From the human T2T-CHM13v2.0 reference genome, Homo sapiens: a DNA stretch of 64,000 nucleotides. The notes beneath the pieces are model-generated. The model was not told where the DNA came from. It worked only from the letters and a program-made list of their open reading frames with translations, and made no database searches. The stretch lies in NCBI RefSeq assembly GCF_009914755.1, contig NC_060935.1; one strand, written 5' to 3'. Made by a program: the position numbers and the translations under genes. This document shows, one piece after another, positions 45,340 through 55,849 of the stretch; positions within the stretch are counted from its first letter, which is position 1, and each line of letters starts with the position of its first letter.

Positions 45340-47226
45340 TCTGAGAGTTAAGGAGTGGGTAAAACTGGCTCCACTGGGGACTGGGGAGGGCTCCCTGAAG
45401 AAGTCCAGCGGACTAGGATGTGAAGAGTAAGAGTTAACCAGGCCAGGCAGCAGCGTGGGGCGCGGAGAAGGGGAGGGGAGGCGCGCAGGCAGAGAACAGC
45501 ATGTACGAGGCCCCGCATCAGGAAGGCGCTTGGCACGTTCCAGGAACAGTGAGAAGCCAGGAAAGCCCAAGTGTAGCAGCGCGGGGGAGGGGGCTGGAGA
45601 CGAGGCGGCCAAGCTGTGAAGGCCCGGGCCGGGCCATGGAAAGATCAGTTCCTTTCTGTGTCTGGTCCTGACTGCTTTGTTCCTCTATTATTACTCCCCT
45701 GCCTGAGCCACGCTGCCTGCCCCCACTTTTCTGTGTGCTGCCTCTCAGCTCCCTCTCCATCCTCCTGGCTGCTCCGCCACCCGCTCCCCACCCCTCTTCT
45801 CCCTCTGTACTTGTCCCTGCCTTTCCTCTCTACTTCCTGTGTCTCACATGCACTTTGAAGCCAGGGCCCCAGCGGCCGAGGCGGGTGTCCCTTGGGGCTG
45901 GAGTTCTAGTTGGGGCTCAGCAGAAGGGGGAGCACTAAAGGCCTCCGCAGGGACTGCAACCCTTCCTTTCCACTTCTGCACATCTCCCCCGTGCCCCGCC
46001 AGCTGCAGTCCCCACTAGAGGCCGTCTGCCTGACCGGCTCGTGAGTGGTGGGAGCCAGGCAGGAGGGGCCCCGGGGAAGCAGCCGTGGCTCAGCCCATGG
46101 GAAGGTGCTTTGCAAAGACTCACTTGCACCTTCCCTTCCCGGGCCCCCTGCCATTGTGATCCACTTGCTTCCTGTTTGGCTGGGGCTCCTGACAGGTGGC
46201 AGTTCACAGAGTCAGATGTTTAGGACTGGAAAAGAACATGGAGACCATTTAGTTCAACTTCCTTGCAATGCAGAAAGTAAGCTCTGAAAACCAAGGTGGC
46301 CCTGAGCTCAATTCAGAAGCAGGACTTGAACCCGGGTCTGCTGGCTTCCTGTGAATCAGTGTTTTCCTAAGTCTTAAGAGGATTCCACCCCGTGATAAGA
46401 AAAAATGGGGGGGTCAGCATCCAGTAAAGCCTGTTCCCTGCATCCTGCTCCGCTCACCCCTCCATCTCCCTGAGACTGAATGTAATGAGGCCACCAAAGG
46501 TAACCTGGGCTGGCAGGGAGCCCGAGTGTGCCATCAGGCAGAGCCCGCTCACCCCCATGGCAGGCTCACAGCCCTCCTTTTCCTGGCAGTGGCCAGCTGC
46601 GGCAGCACTCGGCCAGGGGCTTGGCAGAACGGGGACCTGGGAGGGAAGGAGCAGCATCACCTCGCCGGGTCTCACTCCTTCCAACACTGGCCATGCTAGA
46701 CAGGTCTCTGGGATCTCAGGGGATGGCTGCTGTCCCACCAAACACTGCCAAGAGACACAGGACTCTTACCAAGCTGGCCCAAGTGAGCCCCCAGGACCCC
46801 TGGGAGGCATGAGGTAACTGTAAGATAAACCTGTCTGTCCTCCCCATCACCTTCCTGGGGGGTGGTTCTGAGTTGAGTCCGCAGATCCAGGCAGGGAGGG
46901 CTTGCCTGTCAGTAGGGTCAGCCCATACATCATTTAATCCTGCCACAGGGATCAGCCCATACCCTTGGTCACCAGAAAGCAGGACCCACATGTGCAGAGG
47001 CTGGGCCCCCTCCCTGTGTCCGGCTGCAAGGAGCAGTCTGTCCGATGGCCCCTGTGCGGTCAGATGCTCCTGGATGGGAGCACGATGTGACTGAACTGGA
47101 AGCCTGCCTTGGGGGACAGGGGGACAGCAGGGCTGGTTGCAGAGGTGGCTCTCCTGCTCTGCACTGTCCTGCCAGTTTCTTCAGCCTGTCAGCATGTGCT
47201 GCAGTGATTTAAAGATGCAGATTCCA

Positions 47227-47432
47227 TATTAGTAGTCTTTTATCCCTCACCCCCTTCCCACTCTTCCCCCCAAGTCCGCAAAGTCCGTTGTATCAATCTT
47301 ATGCCTTTGTGTCATATGGCACAGTGTATACTGCTTGGGTCATGGGTGCACCAAAATCTCACAAGTCACCACTGAAGAACTTCCTCATGTAACCAAACAC
47401 CACCTGTACCCCAATAACTTATGGAAAAAAAA
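47227..47432 (+). mobile_element. Short L1PB 3' end with 5' inversion, TSD TGCAGATTCCA
   Basis: Antisense L1PB 3'UTR piece (~47227-47317) joined to a sense piece ending in an A-tail. TSD at 47216-47226 and 47436-47446. Confidence 0.8.
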
Positions 47433-48004
47433 GTGTGCAGATTCCAGCAAGGCCACAAGATGGCCCCAAGCAATGCAGACGTGGCCTCAGAAAGTCTGGT
47501 GCTCAGAGGGCCAAGAGCGTCTTAGTACCTTTAGGCAGGTGCCGCTCCTTCAGCGTTACAGAGCACCTTCATGTTTGTCATCTTGTTTATGACTCTTCTT
47601 AACAACCCAATTAGGTAGCCAAGCGGTTCGATGTGTAGACAGGGCAGTCGTTATCATTGCAGAAAGTGAGGTGCAGAGAGATGAACTGACTGCTGAGGTC
47701 AGGAGCTGCTGGGTTGGCACGCAGCCGGTGGGCCACGGTCTCCAAGTCCCCTGGCCTGGGCTCTTCCCCACTAGAATAGAGCTGTTCCGTTGAGAGGAAG
47801 AGGAACTTCCCCCCAGGGATGCTGGGCCCACGCACCTCAGGGATTTGGGGAACGTGGATTTCTCTATGGGCGGGGGCCAAACTAGACCGCAGGGTGGCAG
47901 GGCAGGGGGATACTCAGGTGTTTTTCAGGGGCAGGGCCAACCCCTGGGCCTCCCTCCTTCTCCCTTTTGTAACCACTTTTCCATCTTTGTTTCTGTCCCC
48001 CAAG

Positions 48005-48579
48005 ATGATGAAGATGAGGAGGCGCCTGGGCCCTCAAGGCAGCCTCTTCGGGTGCCTCTGCAGCGGTCTCCGGAGGAAGAGGCCCACCTGGCCAGGCCCG
48101 CCCTGCTCCGTTCATCCTCCTCCTCAGACCAGTCTGAGACGGTGGGCCCCAAGCCAGAGGCCCTGCCCCATCCCTCGCCCCAGGCCCAGGCTGCCTGCAG
48201 GACCCCTCGGCCGCACCCCAGCCCACCCACCACGGGCCTTGACTGGCAGCTCCTCCACGTCCATGCCCAGCAGACCGAGGTGTTCCGGCAGTTCTGCCAG
48301 GAGCTGGTGACCGTGCACCGGGACATGGCCAACAGCATGCACGTCATCGGCCAGGCCATGGCCGAGCTGACCAGCCGTGTCGGTCAGATGTGCCAGACGC
48401 TGACAGAGATCCGGGATGGGGTTCAGGCATCTCAGCGGGGGCCAGAAGGGGCAGACCCTACGGGCTCCACTCCCCAGGCCACCCAGGCCCAAGCCCCCCT
48501 GCCAGAGCCCCCACCAGCTTCCCCAGCATCAGCCCCCACACGGACTACCAGGTCTCGGAAGAGAAAGCACAATTTCTAA
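48005..48579 (+). CDS. Terminal coding exon of the Myb/SANT-like isoform: acidic/Pro-Ser linker, amphipathic helical region, C-terminal basic RTTRSRKRKHNF
   Basis: Long pyrimidine tract + cccaag|AT GAT. Phase 1 matches donor 44815 (T+AT=Tyr). Open to TAA at 48577-48579. AATAAA at 50247. Confidence 0.8.
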
Positions 48580-49433
48580 CCCAGCTAGTCTGCACTAGGA
48601 GGAAGAGTCATGGAGGAGGGATGTCTGGCCTCACAACAGGGGCCAGTCTTTCGTGTCCAGGAACAGGATCGATGACCCTTGTAGGACACTGGGGGCGCTG
48701 TTACCTCCTCACCGAGCGCAGGTCGCTGCCCTGTGGTCTAACAGAGCATGTATTCAGACCCGCACCCTCATCTTTGGCGGATGCTGAAGATGCAAGAAAA
48801 GCCACCTGCTTGATGCTTGCTTGGCCTGGAGATCGTTCTCCTCTTGGTCTGTGTCCCGTGGCGGCAGGCCTTGCAGGGAGGGGGGCGCAACAGTGGGGAG
48901 CATCCGAATGGAGTCCCACTTTCCAACCTTGGGGCTGCTGCATCGGCCTCCCACATGTGACCTCCCAGGCCCTGATGCTGCTTCTTTTGAAGGGGGTGAG
49001 GCCTGATGGGCAGGTCAAGTCGGTCCTTCAGGGAGGGGTCTACCCTCCCTTGCCCGGGGGTGGTGCCCGCCTTGGCCCTCCGCTTGCCCTTGTGCGCGTG
49101 CTCAGCTGCTGTGCTTGCCTTTTTTGGAGTGGGGAGAAGAATGGGATGACGTCGGAGGAAGGAAAAGACTGTCTTGCATTCATAGAGAGCACTTTATGCT
49201 TTTCCTCGCCCTTGCAGAGTCTGGGTGGTCTCAGTGGGGGCTCAGGACAGTCAGCTCAAGACAGCCAAGTCAGGTATTATTATGATCATTTTTATCATCA
49301 TCATCTGTATAAGACAAATGACACAGCCAGTTAGTGAGAGGGCCAGGACTGGAAGCCAGGGTATCGGTTTTCCCAGCTCCCCTGTCAGAGGCCAGATCTG
49401 GAGTAGTGGGAAGAGGACGCAGGGGGCAGGTCT

Positions 49434-49477
49434 TGCCCCTTGCCAGGCCTCTGCCCCTTGCCAGGCCTCTGCCCCCT
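49434..49477. repeat. 18-bp tandem repeat (TGCCCCTTGCCAGGCCTC), ~2.4 copies
   Basis: Seen directly; lies in the predicted 3'UTR of the Myb isoform. Confidence 0.8.
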
Positions 49478-50246
49478 GTATCTCTGCTTCTGCCTCAGCT
49501 GTCCTGGGTGAGGTGGGAGGCACCTAGCATTTAGCAGGTGATTCTCCCACCCTGCCCTGGCTCTATGGCTCATAGCCAGTGGCTTGGAGAGGCAGGGCCA
49601 GATCTCAGGAGTGGAGGGCAACCTCTTCCCTGGCTTCTAAAAGAATCCAGAGCCCAGTGGGGCTCATGTCCCATTCCAGGTTCCAGCATGCCTTGCCTCT
49701 GCTTGCTCGGGCTGCCTACGCACTAGCTACATACACCTCTAGCTTCATGTTTCATGTTGGAGTGTGGGGAGAAAACTGGGTTCTTAGCATTAGAGAGGGA
49801 AGTGGCAGGTGGCAGATACAAGCTTAGCTCTGACCTGGGTGCACCTCAGCTCTGTGTCCTTTTTTTTCCCTGACCTGAAGCTGACCCCAGCAGAAGTCCC
49901 CCAGCCAACCCCTCCACCCAACAACCCCCCACCCTCCCATCCTGCCCCCAGCCATAGTGGGAGCTGGGAGGATTGCAGCATCTAGTGCCTTCCAAGGCTG
50001 TTCCTGGAGCGCTGCTTGTAAACCCAAGCCAAGCTTTGTCCCACGTAGGGAGAATGGAAGGTGACTGCAATGTCCCTGTGCCTTTGGCTCCATCTCCCCA
50101 TTCTGTGGTTCTTTGGGGGTTCCTGCTTCCCTCAAACTGAACACTCTCCTGTCCAACAGCCTGATGGCTTAATTATTGCCTGGAATTGCCCGGCCTCCGA
50201 TGCTGGAATCAAAGATTGCCTTCCGAAGTATTTTTGTTAAGATGGC

Positions 50247-50252
50247 AATAAA
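50247..50252 (+). terminator. Polyadenylation signal for the Myb/SANT-like isoform
   Basis: First AATAAA I could find downstream of the stop at 48579. Followed ~45-70 nt later by a T/GT-rich tract (tctttctttggtgtgtattctctttc). Confidence 0.6.
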
Positions 50253-52916
50253 AAGAAATCAATCTCACTCTTTGAACACACCCAGTGTCCAGGATCTTTC
50301 TTTGGTGTGTATTCTCTTTCTTCGTTTCCTGTGAAAACCTCGAGGACCCCAAAGCAGGGGTTAGATGTTTAAGGAAAAGCAGGTTGGTGAGAAGGGCTCA
50401 AGTGCCCCTTGATTTCCCTGATTCTATAAACTGCCAGATTCCCTGTATCCAGCACCATGCCAGGCCCTCGGAGGAAAGGAAGGGCATGCATGCACGAAAC
50501 CACTCAGTTATATTTCATTTCTCTGCTCAAAAGTGAGGTGTTGCTAAGTCAATTTTACCTTTTGTTCCCTAAAAGTAAGCGAGAAGTTCTGGAAAAACAA
50601 TCACCGTTTCGGACAGGAGGCTCTAGAAGGGTCAGGGGCTGTCCATGTGCCAGTGCACTTTAGGGGCCACCTGGAGGCATGACCCTCCCCACCAATCCAG
50701 GTGTCTGTGTGTCTGGCACTGGCAAGGCTCTGCCCACCTAGATCTGAGGCTTCTCAAAGTAACCAAAGCTGCCTCCTCTGCCAAGAGGAAGCCTCCTCAC
50801 CTGTGCATTGCCCTGGCTTAATACCAGTCTCAGAGAGCTTCTCTCAGGCAGGAAATCCCCTAGTCTTGCCCACAGATCCCCTTTCTAGAAGGTTCTAACT
50901 TGCCATCCTCCACAGTTCTTGGCCAAAAAGCATGGCCATAGAAATGGAGGACTACCCAATTTCCGAGAGATGCAAAGATGTCGTGAAACCATTCCCAGGG
51001 CCTTCTCTCCCAAGGTCAATGTATGAAGCAGTGACTGGCTGGCTGCTCTCTCTCTTCCTGGGGAGGGAAGGAGCCAAATTGGAAGCTGTAAAACTGAAAT
51101 GGAAGTCAGAGCAAAAGGGACAGTGAGGACTTGTCAACTTGGGATGGAAAAGATTTTCAGTTTCTGTTTCTTGGCTTCAGTGGGGATTGTTGGGCTAGCA
51201 CATTAAAACAGGAAGAGGAAACTTGGGTGAGAGACAGAAATGAATTGGAAGAGGGAGGCCTCTAGCCATGACCAGGTGACCATCTGGTGGGTGGATGTGT
51301 GACCCAAAGCCCCTCCTAGCCCGGAGACCTATGCATGTGAGAACACAGAGCCCAGCCTCTTCTCAGTCGGTCTTTTCCTAGTTCTGCCTCCTTAACTGGG
51401 GCAGCTTCCTTTGTATTGAAGATACCCACTATGCAATAGTGTCTGAGCCTGGCCTAGTCAATTCCCTCCAGCAAAATGGATGCCCTGTGTTATGTTTTCT
51501 TTGCGTTAGAAACAATAGTCATGTGCTGACCCAGCTAGAAAATATGATGCACTTGATAAGACACAGTGGGTGAGGTCTGAGAATTGTTGTCTTAGTACTT
51601 ACCTATCCAGTCCCCAAGGTCAGCTGGGAGGTTGGAATAAAAACAATCCAGGATCATCATGACAGGTTTAGTCCAGAGCTCTCCACCGCCATCAGCAGCA
51701 CCACCACCTTCCCCTTGATTGCTCCAAAGGTCCCAAATTCTGTGGGTTGGAGTTGAAATGCCTCAATAAGCACTAGCATTTGCAGAACAGTCTCAGCCAG
51801 GCATTCTCTGTGCCTTCTCTCAAGAGGTAGTGACCTGGTAACACTTCAAACCTCCTTGAAAGAGCTGCTCAGCCACAGTGGATAGATTTTGCCCCTCCTG
51901 GTAGCCTTCCACTCCTTGGGGAGGGCTTCTGATTTCTGCAGCCATGTAATGAATGGAACAGGCACAGTTCTTCATAAAGGGGTTGTTGTGAATGGGGACA
52001 GAAGGGTTCTGGGGGGTGGTCGAGCCAGCAGGTGTTAAGGCAAAACACTTAAAAGCAGGAGATCTAATCAGAGGTAACAGGTCTGGGGACCTAGCTGGCT
52101 TCATTTAGCTTTACCTCTTAAATGGTATAACATAAACATCTTGTCAGGGGAATGGGTTGTGATTCACCAAGAGTTGCCATATACATTGTATTTCAAATGC
52201 TAAGTTTCAGAACAACAAATACAACAAAATCTGAATAAGCATTGATCTGCCTTTGAAAATACTTTGTGATTTATACAACGCCTTGAGGTTAGCTTTCCAA
52301 ATATTGATTCTTGATGGATAGAAAAAGACCAGAAGATGGAAAGTTAAATTGACTTGAGTCTTTCTAAACCTTTTGACACACCCTAGAAGTTGCTCTTTTG
52401 AATAAATAAATCCCAGATAGGAATGTATTTCTCATCTAGCTTTTTCTCTTGATGTCAAGTGTCAGAGAAATAATTCTAGCTTTTAGAGGTTGGTGGTTGT
52501 TTAGAAACTGGAAGAAAAAAAGGAGAAGACAGTATTCTCCAATCATAGTGCTATGATTCAAGTGAGTCTTGTGAGAAAAAAGACGAATGAATGGTTTCCC
52601 TTTTGTATCTGGGAGCAGGAAAGTTTGGAACAACTTCTATTCTGTGCTAACCGCAAGGTTGATTATTTTTGGATGTCAAATCCTAGACTCTCACTAAATT
52701 GGGGACTGGAAATATTTTGCATATTCAGAAGAAATCTCAGCTATGGAGAAAAGACTGACTCACAGTTGTAGAATTGAGATTGGGAATTATTAATTTGGAG
52801 TGACTTCTCTCACTCCAAATTAAAGGAAAAGGGGCTCTTTTCCTTTCTCTTAAGTCCTTTGTTAATAACATCCTGGCTGGGTGCGTGGAAATCACCCTGT
52901 GGTCTTCACTACTCAG

Positions 52917-53253
52917 GGATAGCGATGCTTATATCCGATGTGATAAGAACACCGATGTGTTGGGGCTAACAGAGAACACAGACCTAGGACAAGATGCAAA
53001 TTCTGGCGGATCTAAGCACCGTAAATCTTGCAAGTTCTACACCTCCATGGTGGAGCCTGTGGCTTGCTTCTCTCAAAAGGTTGAAGCAGCCAAAGCCAGC
53101 ATTTGCTCTCCCATCTGCCTTGGTCTTACTCCTTCTGAGGTCTTGCAGCATCCTGTTGCCAGAATGGATTGTTCCCTGGACTCCAGTGATCCTCCTTGGA
53201 AGGCAACAGCCTCCTCCCAGGCTCTCCAGATGAGCAAGGCAGGATATAGATGA
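52917..53253 (+). CDS. Candidate further alternative exon (DSDAYIRCDKNTDVLG...KHRKSCKFY...), unknown product
   Basis: tcttcactactcag|G GAT is a phase-2 acceptor, in frame with donor 40304. Open for 337 nt with a local CpG excess. No recognisable domain and no clear poly(A) signal. Confidence 0.25.
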
Positions 53254-54661
53254 GGGGCAGCTGGTGCCATCCCTGGGACCTCTAGAATGTAGATTCTCCA
53301 TGCTGCTAGCTGCCACCACTGTCACCTCATACTGGAATTGGCATTCGTATATTTCTTTTCTTTATATGTGTGTCAGGAGTGAGGTGCGTGACAGTAATAG
53401 TTGCTTATTGAGGGAAACTTTGAAAGTATGCAAAATTACAAAGATGATCCACCTGTAAGGGGTTGTCACTGTTAAAACATTGGTATATTTCCTTCAAGTC
53501 GTTTACTGGGGCTTGTTTTTAAAGCATTATTGGAACCATAGTCTACTTCCAGTCCTATTGTTCTCACACTATCTTATTTCAACACCATTTTTCCATGTCA
53601 TAAAAGATTCTTTGAAAACATTTTTCTATAGATGAATAGCATTCCATTATATAAATGTAACATCATTTACGAAATCTTATCTAGTATTAGACATTTAAAT
53701 GTTTTGCCTTTGTACTGCTATACACAATGATACAAGTCAGCATATTGGTATGCCGGGTTTGCATACTTCATCCATAACTTATGTTTCTTGAGCCATATTG
53801 CCAAATTGTTTCCTAAAGGGTTGCACCTGTTAATTCTGCATCATCAGTACAGGAGACACCTTTCTTACCACCTTTACCAATAGAGATATTATCATCTTTT
53901 AGAAATCTGTGCCAATGAGACAATGTACTACGCTGTGTTTCTTTTATTAGTGATGCTGAATACTTTTCATTTGTTTATTATCCATCTGAATTCTTCTGTG
54001 AATTTTTGTTTCCCCTGGACTTTTCCAGATATAATTCATTGGGCTACACCAATCAGACAGACTTTGATTTTTGTCCCTTGTTTTTGAGACAAACCATAAC
54101 ATAAAGAAGTTTATTTTTTACTACAAATTTCCTAGGTGCTTGTGTAGCTCAGAACCCTAAAACGTCAACTAATTTCCTCTTGCCCTCTGATCTGTACACC
54201 TTCACTCCTCGGCAGGTGTTCCCTCATCCCACCTTTTGGAGGTGGGTAGGGTGGTGGGCTGGATGTCGCACATGTTGTTTCAGTGAGAATGGGCGAGGGC
54301 CATAGATTCTGAGGGTTTGACAGAACTTTAAAGGTTTTCTGGGCATTGCCGAGTTGGTGCTTTACATGCCCACATAGGAGCCATGAGTTACAGTGGGAAA
54401 CGTGCATAGGACTCAAAGCTCCATCTCCCATTTATTAGCTGTGTGACTTTGGGCAAGTTGCTTGGCCTCTCTGAGCCTCAGTCTCCTTACCTTAAAATCA
54501 TTTAGTAAGATTAACCAGTGGTTGTCAACCTTTTGTAGTCTGTTATTTACCTTCCTCCCCTGTCCCCACTGGAGCCCCCATTTTTTAAAAGATTTTGATC
54601 TTTAGCATTTATTAATTGATCTCTTGGACACCTTGTCACAGGGGCTATTTCAGCAAGGCTT

Positions 54662-54828
54662 TGTGAAATACTGGAAACAGTTGAAGGACCCCAGCCTTAC
54701 CACCTTCAGAGGCCTGTGGGTATCTGGGAACCCCAGTGGTTAAAAGTTAGTGAAGAGTAGAAGAGATAACCTTTCAGTTTTTCAATCACTTATAATATTT
54801 AGTTGATATATTTTCCATATGGTGTGAG
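54662..54828 (+). repeat. Copy 1 of a ~170-bp local direct repeat
   Basis: Aligns by eye with 55681-55849 (aaggaccccag..accac.tcagaggcctgt.gggtatctgggaacccc.gtggttaaaagtt.gtgaagagtagaaga...gttgatatattttccata). Confidence 0.85.
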
Positions 54829-55104
54829 GCAGGCAGGGCAGGTGTCATATCCAGTCTCAGAAAACAGAGATTCTTAGAGGTTTGGAGATCTGCTTGAGGT
54901 CCCACAACACGGTGACGTTGGGACAGGGATGGGTTCTGGCTGGTGCTGCTTCTCCGGACAGGGCAGCTGCTCTGCTGATGTTCACATGGGCCCACGTGCC
55001 TGTGGACTTCTAACCATCCACACTTGCCCAGCACTGTGCCGGCACCAGCGGGCACTCAACAAAGGGTGGCCCGTGCGTTCTCACCTGTCTCCCCTCCCCA
55101 CCAG

Positions 55105-55292
55105 GTACGTGGTCATCTCCCGGGAGGAGAGGGAGCAGAACCTGCTGGCGTTCCAGCACAGTGAGCGCATCTACTTCCGGGCGTGCAGGGACATCCGGCC
55201 TGGGGAGTGGCTGCGGGTCTGGTACAGCGAGGACTACATGAAGCGCCTGCACAGCATGTCCCAGGAAACCATTCACCGCAACCTGGCCAGAG
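55105..55292 (+). CDS. PRDM11: PRDM11 coding exon E: C-terminal half of PR/SET domain ([40 protein letters not shown])
   Basis: ccag|G TAC acceptor (phase 2), G|GTGAGT donor (phase 1). Contains the EQNL, IYFRA.RDI.PGE.L.VWY PR motifs. Confidence 0.95.
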
Positions 55293-55680
55293 GTGAGTGC
55301 CATGCTCCACATGAGCTGCGCCCACCTCTGAGCCCCAGGGGAGGCCTGGATAGCTTGTTTTGGAGCTTCCTGAGAAATACGGTTCCCAGCAATGGGAAGA
55401 CCCAGAGTGATTCGGGGGAACAGATGGTTGAGGTCTGAGCAGCAGCTCTGGGCCAAGCAGGGGCCACCCCAGCATGTTATCGACCCCTAGAAATGGTCTC
55501 AGAAATCCTTACCACACACATTTCAGAGTATTCATGAGAGAGACGCCCCCAAAACCGAGCAAATATGTTTAATCAAAATGTACCCTATTTCCCCAACTCC
55601 AGTTGATGAAAAGATGTTACAAACTGCCACTGCCTCAATAATGATCGTAATAATAGGTAACATTTACTAAATACTCAATA

Positions 55681-55849
55681 TGTGAAATACTGACAACAGT
55701 CCAAGGACCCCAGTCTACCACCGTCAGAGGCCTGTTGGGTATCTGGGAACCCCTGTGGTTAAAAGTTTGTGAAGAGTAGAAGAAATGACCTTTCATTTTT
55801 TCAGTTACCTGCAATATCTGGTGTTGATATATTTTCCATAGCCTGTGAG
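55681..55849 (+). repeat. Copy 2 of the ~170-bp local direct repeat
   Basis: See copy 1; offset ~1020 bp. Confidence 0.85.

Noticed and set aside
48390-49334. 314-aa + strand ORF overlapping the end of the Myb terminal exon
   Set aside because: Different frame, no recognisable domain, GC-rich UTR-like sequence, no matching splice phase found.
51820-52104. 94-aa minus-strand ORF in unique sequence
   Set aside because: No domain, promoter or exon structure I can support.
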